Shown here: in pieces, positions 1-7,961 of the stretch
Layout of the letters: the number at the start of each line of letters is the position of its first letter
How positions within the stretch are numbered: the first letter of the stretch is position 1
Source: Vibrio alginolyticus NBRC 15630 = ATCC 17749
Lineage (GTDB): Bacteria > Pseudomonadota > Gammaproteobacteria > Enterobacterales > Vibrionaceae
Length of the DNA: 32,000 bases
Reading direction: 5' to 3'
Assembly: GCF_000354175.2 (NCBI RefSeq)
Contig: NC_022359.1
Location: 810,001 to 842,000 of the forward strand
Made by a program: the position numbers and the translations under genes
The notes under the pieces: model-generated
The model's input: the letters and a program-made list of their open reading frames with translations, nothing else
The model's database searches: none
What the model was told of the DNA's origin: nothing

Positions 1-223
1 TTTGCCAAAAGGAGATGTAAAAAATCTGCAAGCGGAAGTTGAATACAACGGTGATTTAGTTGCGCCAATTTCTGAGCAACAAGTGGTTGGTAAAGTGCTT
101 TACAAAGTCGACGGTAAGGTCGTAAATGAAGCCGAGCTCGTTGCATTGGAGTCCGTGGAGGAAGGCAGTTTATTCAAGCGAATTTTAGACTGGTTTAAGC
201 AATTGGTCGCTAGCTGGTTTTAA
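1..223 (+). CDS. D-alanyl-D-alanine carboxypeptidase (PBP5/6 type), C-terminal fragment; 5' end outside window
   Basis: The frame is open to the left window edge. The tail EGSLFKRILDWFKQLVASWF resembles the amphipathic C-terminal membrane anchor of E. coli PBP5 (recalled as ...[20 protein letters not shown]). Hairpin terminators follow. Confidence 0.6.
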   Translation, partial: LPKGDVKNLQAEVEYNGDLVAPISEQQVVGKVLYKVDGKVVNEAELVALESVEEGSLFKRILDWFKQLVASWF

Positions 224-287
224 ACAGTAGCGAACTTCTGTCTATATCACTCTATCTTGTTAATGTTCTATTAAATCAATTTACTAA

Positions 288-366
288 GACGACCAACGTG
301 GTCGCCTTACGTTTTTGGAATACTCGTTGCGTTAAAACACAGGCCCTCTTGTAAGGGTGTGTTTTT
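288..366 (+). terminator. Two tandem hairpins, each followed by a T-run (288-316 and 337-366)
   Basis: Read directly. The first is GACGACCA-acg-TGGTCGCC followed by ttacgTTTTT. The second is ACACA(gg)CCCT-cttgta-AGGGTGTGT followed by TTTT. Confidence 0.5.
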
Positions 367-435
367 ACCTGACCAAGAGCGTTTTGTGTTTTTGGGTGCG
401 AGAGAAAAGAAACTAGAACAAGAATGGAGTGACAC

Positions 436-843
436 GTGCACAAGATTTTATCTTTGACATTGATTTTATCGCTCATGGGCTGCGCTATGCCTTACCAGCA
501 GGAGGTCGATAGCGGCCAATGTGTTGGAGTCATGACCTCTCAGGATGCATATGGTTATTTAAACCCAAACCATTACACGATGCAGGTACTCGCGCTAAAG
601 CAAGAAAAAGATGTGAAAGATTATATTCGCTATATCGATCCCAAGCATCCGGTTTGGGTTAACTGGAAAAACAGCCGAGGCACGCGTTGGTATACGGTAA
701 CTGTTGGTGATTTTAAAACGAAGCAGGATGCCTACAATGCGCTTTCTTCATTACCAAGCCGTGTAAAGCAGTCATCCCCGTTTGTGCTGACTTTTGCGGA
801 AATGCAGCGTAAGCAACAAACGAGTGTTGTGAGAATGCGTTAG
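436..843 (+). CDS. SPOR-domain lipoprotein
   Basis: 135 aa with a GTG start and GGAG 6 nt upstream. It has a signal peptide with lipobox LSLMGC. The C-terminal half (YTMQVLALKQEKDVKDYI...WYTVTVGDFKTKQDAYNALSSLP) has the repeat pattern typical of SPOR peptidoglycan-binding domains. Confidence 0.75.
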   Translation: MHKILSLTLILSLMGCAMPYQQEVDSGQCVGVMTSQDAYGYLNPNHYTMQVLALKQEKDVKDYIRYIDPKHPVWVNWKNSRGTRWYTVTVGDFKTKQDAYNALSSLPSRVKQSSPFVLTFAEMQRKQQTSVVRMR

Positions 844-846
844 CCA

Positions 847-878
847 ACAAAAAACGGAAGCGATGGCTTCCGTTTTTG
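847..878. terminator. Bidirectional rho-independent terminator
   Basis: The hairpin is ACGGAAGC-gatg-GCTTCCGT, flanked by an A-run (847-854) and a T-run (874-877). It lies between the convergent SPOR and peroxiredoxin genes. Confidence 0.8.
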
Positions 879-893
879 TATTTAGGAGTAAGC

Positions 894-1367
894 TTAAAGC
901 GCCGCTAAAATCGTTTCTGCTTTGCTTGCTTCAAACTCTTTTGGCTCTTCAACGTTAAGCTTAGTCACTGTGCCGTTTTCAATGATCATCGCGTAACGTT
1001 GTGAGCGAATACCACCAAAGCCGCCTGTATCCATTTCAAGACCTAATGCTTTAGTAAAGCTAGCGTCGCCATCACCCAACATCAGAATCTCAGAAGCGTT
1101 TTGAGCTTCGCCCCACGCTTGCATCACAAATGCATCGTTTACAGAAACGCACGCAATTAAATCAACACCTTTTGCCTTTAGCTCATCAGCTAATACCACA
1201 TAGCCTGGTAGATGAGCTTCTGAACAGGTAGGGGTGAATGCGCCAGGTACAGCAAAGAGTACGACTTTCTTGTTCGCAAACAGTTCTGTAACGTCGTGGT
1301 TAACCATACCATCGGCAGTCAACTCACTTAGAGTTGCAACTGGTAGAGCTTGGCCTTGTTGAATCAT
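894..1367 (-). CDS. Peroxiredoxin, Prx5-like (atypical 2-Cys)
   Basis: 157 aa. The motif VPGAFTPTCS carries the peroxidatic Cys in the Prx5-type context. SD AAGGAA lies upstream of the ATG at 1367. Confidence 0.9.
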   Translation of the reverse strand: MIQQGQALPVATLSELTADGMVNHDVTELFANKKVVLFAVPGAFTPTCSEAHLPGYVVLADELKAKGVDLIACVSVNDAFVMQAWGEAQNASEILMLGDGDASFTKALGLEMDTGGFGGIRSQRYAMIIENGTVTKLNVEEPKEFEASKAETILAAL

Positions 1368-1493
1368 GATTATATTCCTTTTTGTGTGCTAGTTTAGCTT
1401 TCTCAGTCTAGCGTTTATAAATGCGGTTAACCACAGAGTTTTTGTAGGGTTTTAATACCTACGCGTTTGACCTAAGGCGTGGCACTGATGCCT

Positions 1494-2510
1494 TTATTGC
1501 AACGCTTCGTGCTGGTTTACGTATTGGCTAACAAGGTGACGATATTTCGCCTTTAACTCGTTATCGATAAAGCTGGCATCAATCGCGTTCATTGTAAATT
1601 GGGCAAGTTCACTCTTACTCATTGGATGTGCGTTGTTGACGGCCAGAAAGTTATCCGTCATGTAGCCACCAAAGTACACAGGATCGTCTGAGTTAATCGT
1701 TACAGCGACACCTTTTCGTAGCAAATCCACAATATTGTGATCTTTCATATCGTCGAATACACATAGCTTAAGATTCGATAACGGACACACTGTCAGTGGC
1801 ATTTGGCTTTCGATTAAGGATTCAACTAATGCTTCATCATCAACACAGCGAACACCGTGATCCACGCGGCTCACGTAAAGCATTTCAATTGCATCGCTAA
1901 TATTTTGTGCGGGGCCTTCTTCACCTGCGTGAGCAACGGTAAGTAAGCCTTCTTCTACTGCTTGTTTAAATACGCGCTTGAATTTAGCTGGCGGATGACC
2001 TTGTTCTGAAGAATCTAGTCCAACACCAATGATCTTATCACGGTGTTTCAGAATAGCCTGTAGGGTCTCTATGGCGCTCTCTTCTGAAAGGTGACGGAGA
2101 AAACACGCAATAATTTGCGAGGTAATGCCAAGTTTTTCGTGACCATCTTTTAGCGCACGAGCGATTCCATTGATAACAGTGTCAAAGTCTATGCCGCGTT
2201 CTGTGTGTGTTTGAGGGTCAAAAAAGATTTCGGTATGAATAACGTTGTCTTCTTTACAGTGCAGTAAGTATTCCCAAGTGAGATCGTAAAAATCTTGCTC
2301 CGTACGCAGAACTCCCGCTCCTTGGTAATAGAGGTCGAGAAATGATTGTAAGTCTGTAAACTGATATGCGCTGCGTAGTTCACTCGGAGAAGAGTAAGGG
2401 ATCTCGATGCCGTTTCGTTTTGCTAATTTGAATAAGAGTTCCGGCTCAAGTGAACCTTCGATATGTAAGTGCAGCTCTACTTTTGGAAGACCTTGAATAA
2501 ATGCGTTCAT
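1494..2510 (-). CDS. add: Adenosine/adenine deaminase
   Basis: 338 aa from the ATG at 2510, which has SD AAGGTGGA. The N-terminus [13 protein letters not shown] (HxH metal site) and TINSDDP are deaminase signatures. An adenine riboswitch lies in the leader. The 416-aa ORF in the track is an artefactual 5' extension. Confidence 0.9.
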   Translation of the reverse strand: MNAFIQGLPKVELHLHIEGSLEPELLFKLAKRNGIEIPYSSPSELRSAYQFTDLQSFLDLYYQGAGVLRTEQDFYDLTWEYLLHCKEDNVIHTEIFFDPQTHTERGIDFDTVINGIARALKDGHEKLGITSQIIACFLRHLSEESAIETLQAILKHRDKIIGVGLDSSEQGHPPAKFKRVFKQAVEEGLLTVAHAGEEGPAQNISDAIEMLYVSRVDHGVRCVDDEALVESLIESQMPLTVCPLSNLKLCVFDDMKDHNIVDLLRKGVAVTINSDDPVYFGGYMTDNFLAVNNAHPMSKSELAQFTMNAIDASFIDNELKAKYRHLVSQYVNQHEALQ

Positions 2511-2611
2511 ATTCCACCTTATGTGTATTGTGGATGCAGTTACTCTAAGAATAGGTATAGATAGAAATAAATCGAACGCTATCACAAAGAGTAAGACCCA
2601 CGATGATCTCA

Positions 2612-2684
2612 ACTCTTCGTAATCAGCACTTTGCGGGAACTGGTAGAGACCCCCAAACCATATCATTGGGGTTATACGAAGCAA
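2612..2684 (-). promoter_or_regulatory. Purine riboswitch aptamer, adenine-specific (U at the discriminator position)
   Basis: The minus strand reads GCUUCGUAUAACCCCAAUGAUAUGGUUUGGGGGUCUCUACCAGUUCCCGCAAAGUGCUGAUUACGAAG. It is colinear and equal in length with the V. vulnificus add aptamer as I recall it (P1 CUUCGUA/UACGAAG, P2 CCCCAA/UUGGGG, J2-3 GUCUCUACC, L3 CCGCAAA). J3-1 reads A-U-U, not A-C-U. Confidence 0.85.
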
Positions 2685-2936
2685 ACGAGAGGGATTATAC
2701 GCAAAAATATCGCTTTGGCTATACGCAAATAACCTAACTGTCATTAGTCACGGGTTTTCCTGTGAGCGAAACGACTATTTGCAAGTCACTTGAGTATAGA
2801 GGAGCCAGTTGTTTTTGCGCGTGTGAGAGGCACGTGTAATTAGAAGAGTAGTCTAAAAGAGTGGAGATTCGTTTGAGCAAAGGTAGGTGGCGGTACCTTG
2901 CACAACGATAAAGGCAGAGAAAGCACTAGAGAGCAT

Positions 2937-3077
2937 TTATAGATCGAATAACTTATCAAATTCTCTTTGTTCCATAATGTCTTCTATGCGGCGTCGAGTT
3001 TTCTGCTTTACCGCCGCCGCGTTTTGTTCAGACTCTTTTTTGTCTTTTTCTGACTGCTTCTTACTTTTTCTAGCCAT
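2937..3077 (-). CDS. Small basic protein (46 aa), uncharacterised
   Basis: This ORF is below the track cutoff. It reads MARKSKKQSEKDKKESEQNAAAVKQKTRRRIEDIMEQREFDKLFDL, with SD GGAAGG upstream of the ATG at 3077. The RRRIEDxxExRxxxK tail recalls small conserved gammaproteobacterial proteins (PA3496/DUF3545-like). That comparison is from memory and unverified. Confidence 0.5.
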   Translation of the reverse strand: MARKSKKQSEKDKKESEQNAAAVKQKTRRRIEDIMEQREFDKLFDL

Positions 3078-3127
3078 TGGATACCTTCCAAATTAGTTGC
3101 ATTATCCATTAATGCATGAAAACTGAA

Positions 3128-3337
3128 TCAGTTAACAGTAAAACTTCCTAACTTTGAACCTGAATCACAGAGAATAGTTCCAGATTGCGTTTTCTCACAA
3201 TATTCAAAATCGATCATGAAGCTATGAGAAAGAAGTTTCGGTAATACGTGCCTTCGTAAAATATCACCATTTAATTGATGTATTTTAGCGTTCCAAGAGG
3301 TTTGAGGTTGTTCTAAATTAAATTCAATTTCTAACAT
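3128..3337 (-). CDS. Hypothetical protein (69 aa)
   Basis: There is a strong SD (AGGAGA) 5 nt upstream of the ATG at 3337. I recognise no family. The gene sits in an AT-rich pocket. Confidence 0.5.
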   Translation of the reverse strand: MLEIEFNLEQPQTSWNAKIHQLNGDILRRHVLPKLLSHSFMIDFEYCEKTQSGTILCDSGSKLGSFTVN

Positions 3338-3420
3338 TTATTCTCCTGTTTTTTAGTGATTTTCTCTTTGTTAAGTAATTGATACCAATGCCTTTGACGG
3401 CCAGTTCTTTTTGAGGACAT
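3331..3420 (-). CDS. Candidate 29-aa basic peptide overlapping the start of the 69-aa ORF
   Basis: The peptide reads MSSKRTGRQRHWYQLLNKEKITKKQENKC, with AGGA 8 nt upstream of the ATG at 3420. Its stop TAG (3331-3333) overlaps the downstream ATG (3335-3337), an arrangement suited to translational coupling. Confidence 0.25.
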   Translation of the reverse strand: MSSKRTGRQRHWYQLLNKEKITKKQENKC

Positions 3421-3540
3421 GATTTTTCCTATAAATAATAAATTAAGCAGTACTATTCAGTTTATTTTAGATAGCACAAAGCAATGCCTAAAATTAGGCT
3501 GAGTGATTGATGAAAGAATATTTTTGAAGGAGAGAGGTTT

Positions 3541-3564
3541 GGTGCAGCATGGGCATGCTACACC
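3541..3564 (-). terminator. Stable hairpin downstream of csp (no clear U-run)
   Basis: The minus strand reads GGTGTAGCAT-gccc-ATGCTGCACC. This is a 10-bp stem with one mismatch, 14 nt after the csp stop. Confidence 0.35.
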
Positions 3565-3577
3565 AAGAAAAGCAGTC

Positions 3578-3787
3578 TTATAGAGGAGTTACTTCAGTCG
3601 CTTGAGGACCTTTTTTACCTTGCTCTACATTGAAGCTTACTTTCTGACCTTCAGTCAGTGTTTTGAAACCGTCAGAAACGATAGCGTTAAAGTGTACGAA
3701 TACATCTTGGCCGCCGTTGTCTTGAGATAGAAAACCGAAGCCTTTAGTTTCGTTAAACCATTTTACTGAACCAGTTACTTTAGACAT
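3578..3787 (-). CDS. Cold-shock protein, CspA family
   Basis: 69 aa. KGFGFL (RNP1) and VFVHF (RNP2) are in the canonical positions. Confidence 0.95.
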   Translation of the reverse strand: MSKVTGSVKWFNETKGFGFLSQDNGGQDVFVHFNAIVSDGFKTLTEGQKVSFNVEQGKKGPQATEVTPL

Positions 3788-4188
3788 AAAAATACCTTTG
3801 AATTAAACATTAAAATTATGATTTGTTTTGTGGATCTTTTCTAAGCTATTGAATGTTCAATCAAGAGGAAGTTGTACGCAGGTGTCTGAATTGGGGATTC
3901 AAGATTTTACTGAGAGGAAACTTAAACTAAATGTTGCATTAACAGCTCTCTTCTAAGAGCCAAGGCACACTATACACCTTGTTTAGAAAATAGCTACATT
4001 TATTTTAGATAAATTAAATGTGCTCATTATTAACTCGATAAATTGTATTGTTCGAAAAAGTTGAATAAGTAGAACGAATAGTATGGCTCATAATTTTAGC
4101 TCATCAACCTAAAATAGAACCTTATCGATAGCCATAGATTGAACATGCGACTTGCAAGCGGTCACAAAGATAAACTAGGAGAACTAGT

Positions 4189-5037
4189 ATGAGTACATTC
4201 AGAGAAATTCGTCAGCTTATTCCTGCGCAACCTACTGCTGATGGTGATGGAGTGAAAATTCGCCGTGTAGCGGGTTTCAATCATGCTAGCTTTTCTCCAT
4301 TTTTGATGATGGATGAACTCAAATCAGAAGACCGCGCTGACTATATCGGCGGTTTCCCTCCGCATCCGCACCGCGGTATTGAGACGCTTACTTATATGTT
4401 GAAAGGTCATTTCCAGCATCGTGATCATATGGATAATGTTGGTGAGCTTCGTTCCGGTGGTGCACAGTGGATGGCGGCAGGAAGAGGCGTCATCCATAGC
4501 GAAATGCCTATTATGAAGGAAGGCGAATTGCATGGTTTCCAAATTTGGATTAACCAGCCTGCGAAAAATAAGATGCAGCCAGCTCAATATCATGACTTTC
4601 AACCTGAAACGATCACTGAGTTTGATACTCCGAATACGGGGGTTGTACGTTTGATTGCGGGTCATATGACTATAAACAACGAACGAATTCAGGGGCCGCT
4701 AACAGAGACAGGTGTTGCTGCCACGGTAGCCGATTGGAGAGCGATGGGGGGGCAAGCTTTGAATTTGAACACGGATCAAGACAACAACATGATGCTCTAT
4801 GTCTATAAAGGTCGTATTCAATTAAAAGGTCGTGAGATCAATCAAGGCGAAATGGCCATTTTATCGAAAGGTGAATGGGTTGAATTGCAGGCCGAAAAAG
4901 AGAGTGGTGCACTGATCTTTATTGGTGAGCCAATTAATGAACCCGTGGTGCATTATGGCCCTTTTGTCATGAATAGCATGGAAGAGATAGAACAAGCCAT
5001 CCAAGATTACAACTCTGGGTTGTTTGAAACTTACTAG
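4189..5037 (+). CDS. Pirin family protein (YhhW-like cupin)
   Basis: 282 aa with SD AGGAGA. The GFPPHPHRGIETLTYML metal-binding cupin motif is typical of pirins. Confidence 0.9.
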   Translation: MSTFREIRQLIPAQPTADGDGVKIRRVAGFNHASFSPFLMMDELKSEDRADYIGGFPPHPHRGIETLTYMLKGHFQHRDHMDNVGELRSGGAQWMAAGRGVIHSEMPIMKEGELHGFQIWINQPAKNKMQPAQYHDFQPETITEFDTPNTGVVRLIAGHMTINNERIQGPLTETGVAATVADWRAMGGQALNLNTDQDNNMMLYVYKGRIQLKGREINQGEMAILSKGEWVELQAEKESGALIFIGEPINEPVVHYGPFVMNSMEEIEQAIQDYNSGLFETY

Positions 5038-5151
5038 TTTGGACTGCCTACTCGCTTTTTCAGTTAGCGAGCAAATTAAAACAGTTTTGAGCCTGAATAT
5101 TGGGCTCGACCAGAAGCAAATACGATAATCCACTGCCATCGAATTTGCGTT

Positions 5152-5180
5152 AGCCACGTTTAATCCACGTGGCTTTTTTC
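5152..5180 (+). terminator. Rho-independent terminator of the pirin gene
   Basis: AGCCACGT-ttaatcc-ACGTGGCT is followed by TTTTTT. Confidence 0.75.
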
Positions 5181-6028
5181 TACTTCTGACTCCATCGTAT
5201 GATGGCTTCCTTTCCTGCTTCAATTCCTAACTCATAAGCATGACGCAGTGGTGCTGGCGATCGACTCAGCCGTTTCAACTTGAATGTTTCAGGAGGACAC
5301 ACTTGAATGATTTCGATACCAGGTGGTGGGTTGTTGATCAGCGCTAAGGTCTGATTGTAGCGAACTTCACGTGTCAACATCGGTTCAATTAATCCGGGCG
5401 TTTCTTTCAACATCCTCCTAGTTAGGGCGCTGAATCTTCCTCTTGGCTTTTGATAGCTTGCGGGCTGGCTGCGTAAAACCATAATCTTTTTGGCTCCTCG
5501 CTTTATTGCTTCTGCAACAGGAAGTGCGTCTGAGACGCCACCATCAACGTATCTAATTCCGTTCAGTGATACGCCATTTCGGTAAAGTACAGGCAGTGCG
5601 CTGCTGGCTTTCATTGTTTCTGCCAAGTCGTCGACATCAGGAAGGTGGTACTCCGCTTGCCCATTGTCTTGACGCGTCACGCCTAAAAAGAAAGCTCGTG
5701 AATCGGCTTTGAGCGCAGATTTATCGATGCCAAGTTCTTCGAGGGTGACATTCCACATCCAGTCTAAGTTCATCATATCACCACCACGTAGAAGTTGAGA
5801 TGGAGAGATAAATTCTTTTCTTAAGCTGTAATCGAGGTAGATTTTTAAGTTACGTCCGGGCATTTTAGCTAAGTAGGCAGCCAAGTTGCTAGCACCCGCA
5901 GACACTCCCCAAAAGCTATCAAATGGAGAAAACTCGCTAGCAAGAAAATGATCGAGTATGCCGCATGAAAATATGCCTCGCATGGCTCCACCTTCGACAA
6001 TCAATGCTCGAGAGCCTACTTTTTCCAT
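5180..6028 (-). CDS. Patatin-like phospholipase (YjjU-like)
   Basis: The GGAMRG oxyanion motif and the GVSAG nucleophile elbow are present, as is a DGG(V) catalytic Asp region. I prefer the ATG at 6028 (GGAG upstream) over the GTG at 6031 used in the track. Confidence 0.85.
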   Translation of the reverse strand: MEKVGSRALIVEGGAMRGIFSCGILDHFLASEFSPFDSFWGVSAGASNLAAYLAKMPGRNLKIYLDYSLRKEFISPSQLLRGGDMMNLDWMWNVTLEELGIDKSALKADSRAFFLGVTRQDNGQAEYHLPDVDDLAETMKASSALPVLYRNGVSLNGIRYVDGGVSDALPVAEAIKRGAKKIMVLRSQPASYQKPRGRFSALTRRMLKETPGLIEPMLTREVRYNQTLALINNPPPGIEIIQVCPPETFKLKRLSRSPAPLRHAYELGIEAGKEAIIRWSQK

Positions 6029-6128
6029 CACTTCGCTCCACTCTTTATCAATCGGATAATAGCGTGCAGCTTAACGCATAATGGTTTTATACCCAAGTGG
6101 GCCAAAGGTCTAGGTTGCGTTCCTTTGA

Positions 6129-6154
6129 ATAAAAAGGGCATCAATGGATGCCCT
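6129..6154 (-). terminator. Rho-independent terminator
   Basis: The minus strand reads AGGGCATC-catt-GATGCCCT followed by TTTTTATT. It lies about 130 nt downstream of the 112-aa ORF. Confidence 0.6.
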
Positions 6155-6285
6155 TGTCACTTTTAGCCTATGGAATTGCGGGTAATTGAGTCGCTAATTT
6201 AGTGAAGGAGACCGAGCCAATTAGCCCCCTTACATAGAGCCATACCTGTAGTCCCATACTGATCGTTGTTGGAATAGTTTGATGA

Positions 6286-6624
6286 TCACTTGTTAAATAG
6301 GCATACAAACACTATCCAGAGCGTTGTAAGCAAAAGTAATGGGGTGAATACTTTCTGGATAGAGGCGCCATCAGTTAAATTGTAAATTTTGATGGATTCA
6401 TTATAAAACACTCGTTTGAATTCTTTGAAGCTAATGTCGCTCTTCGCATGCGACTGTTCATAGTGCTGGTGCGCTGCGTCCGATAGTTGGTATTCCAAGT
6501 CTTGGAGCTCGTACTCCTTGTTAAAAAACGCATCCCAAGCCGAGAGGCGGGCTATTGTTTTAGGAGATGGATCCCCATTTAATTTCTCTAGACGTTTAGC
6601 ATAAGCTGTTTGATATTTATCCAC
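6286..6624 (-). CDS. Hypothetical tail-anchored membrane protein (112 aa)
   Basis: GTG start with AGGA 8 nt upstream. The N-terminal ~90 aa are hydrophilic and helical. There is a single C-terminal TM segment (FTPLLLLTTLWIVFVCLF). I recognise no family. Confidence 0.5.
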   Translation of the reverse strand: MDKYQTAYAKRLEKLNGDPSPKTIARLSAWDAFFNKEYELQDLEYQLSDAAHQHYEQSHAKSDISFKEFKRVFYNESIKIYNLTDGASIQKVFTPLLLLTTLWIVFVCLFNK

Positions 6625-7196
6625 GGTATATTCCTGTCTGAACAGACGTTGAGTTAGAACATATGTAAAAAAGAAAAATAAGTAATAAAAGGTTTTTTAC
6701 GTTCTATTCCTGTGATAAATGCTAAAAAGTTCAATGCTCTAGTGCTCCGATGTCGCAAATAATATTGATGGAATTGCTCTGCGACAAATAAAATAATTAC
6801 TCTAGATAACAACGAATTTTTGTTGTTTTTTAAAAAAACTGATCATGAGATTGAGTGGGGAGTTTTACCGAGAAGAATCTCGCTACTGTAACTCTCTATA
6901 TTTACTCAAAAAGAGAAAATCTTAGAAGCTTTCTTTGATTGATGTGAGATATTTTAGGTCGAAAAGTATTAATCTTGGCTATGATTATAGTTCGTCTTTT
7001 TGTTGTTGAACTCTACTTCGAGGGGGAAAGAACCCATATTTCGAGCATAGGATAGCTCGCTTTTTCGTTACGTCGTTCTTGGAGTTTGAGTCAGTGACGA
7101 CGCTATGAGTCTAGCATCTTGAACTCACTTGGGTGTATTAATTATAAAAGTAAAGCAGTGCTGAGCTAGGATAAACTTCAACGTAAAGGTGACGGT

Positions 7197-7271
7197 ATGA
7201 ATATACAATCAGCCATTATTGAATATGCGATAGCGATTATAGGCTTACTTTTGACGGGCGTTACCCTCTGA
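7197..7271 (+). CDS. Candidate 24-aa hydrophobic peptide
   Basis: The peptide reads MNIQSAIIEYAIAIIGLLLTGVTL. SD AGGTGA lies 4 nt upstream. A sigma-70-like promoter is present: TTGAAC (7119-7124), 17/18-nt spacer, TTATAA/TATAAA (7142-7148). A CCTCTG/CAGAGG hairpin spans the stop codon. Confidence 0.2.
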   Translation: MNIQSAIIEYAIAIIGLLLTGVTL

Positions 7272-7311
7272 GCATGACTGCCCAGAGGATAGAAAGTGCA
7301 TTAGCCGATCG

Positions 7312-7743
7312 CTAACGATTGATGTTATATCGAGCCATTGCAGCTTCTTCAGACGATACAACCGTTTTACCAATTGGTGCGAGTGAAATAACCGCTAGTT
7401 TGAGGTGTTGGAGCGCAAACGGAATGCCGATTATGGTGACAAAGCATGCTGCTGCAGAAAGTACGTGACCGATAGCTAACCAAAGGCCTGCAAATACAAA
7501 CCAAAGGACGTTACCAATAACGCCGAGCGGACTCGTGCCAATGTCCATTTCATTGGTCAATTCATCGCGTGAGATGGCCTCTTTACCGAATGGGAAAAAG
7601 GAAAAATTACCCATAACGATACACGCACGCCCCCAAGGTATTCCGATGATGCTAATAAAGGCCAAAATACCAAAAAACCACCATAGCAACCCCATAAATA
7701 CGCCACCAAATACAAACCAAATGATGTTACCAAGTGTTCTCAT
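7312..7743 (-). CDS. yccF: YccF-domain inner membrane protein
   Basis: 143 aa. The duplicated motif (NIIWFVFGG...IIGIPWG and NVLWFVFAG...IIGIPFA) is characteristic of YccF. SD AAGGAAA. Confidence 0.9.
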   Translation of the reverse strand: MRTLGNIIWFVFGGVFMGLLWWFFGILAFISIIGIPWGRACIVMGNFSFFPFGKEAISRDELTNEMDIGTSPLGVIGNVLWFVFAGLWLAIGHVLSAAACFVTIIGIPFALQHLKLAVISLAPIGKTVVSSEEAAMARYNINR

Positions 7744-7961
7744 TCTATTTCCTTTATTCTTGAATGTGATGATTCAGATACCTGAGAGCACCGTAAAACA
7801 AATCTAAACCGTCTGTTTTGTCAATGTGTGCTTTTGTGCCCTCATTCACCTGATTGATAGAATAATCGCCGTAGTCTTAACAGAGAATGAATGCCTTCCT
7901 TAATGCAAGTCTTTTTAGTATAAAGCGTAATACTCAATCAAGCATATAGCCAAGAATCGCA

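Noticed and set aside
276-476. 66-aa minus-strand ORF in the dac-SPOR spacer.
   Set aside because: It spans both terminator hairpins and the SPOR gene start. It has no SD.
2511-2744. N-terminal 78-aa extension of the add ORF (the track gives 416 aa).
   Set aside because: The extension runs through the adenine riboswitch aptamer; for example, MIWFGG is the P2 loop. It is hydrophobic junk. The ATG at 2510 has a strong SD and begins the conserved deaminase N-terminus.
2887-3096. Plus-strand 69-aa ORF (MAVPCTTIKAEK...).
   Set aside because: It is a low-complexity Ser/Phe/Cys-rich mirror image of the Lys/Glu-rich 46-aa minus-strand ORF, which has the SD. No SD is present here.
3788-3960. Looked for an E. 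coli cspA-type cold box or long structured 5' UTR upstream of csp.
   Set aside because: I could not find a match to the cold-box sequence as I remember it, and I cannot place the promoter. I therefore made no feature call.
4324-5223. 113-aa and 120-aa minus-strand ORFs opposite the pirin gene and its terminator.
   Set aside because: They are nested antisense to a well-supported gene, and one runs through the terminator. There is no SD or recognisable sequence. The same reasoning applies to the other 60-116-aa ORFs nested in eptA, rstAB, ribB, mgtE, the ABC1 kinase, HlyD, codB, the XRE gene and the LplT fusion.
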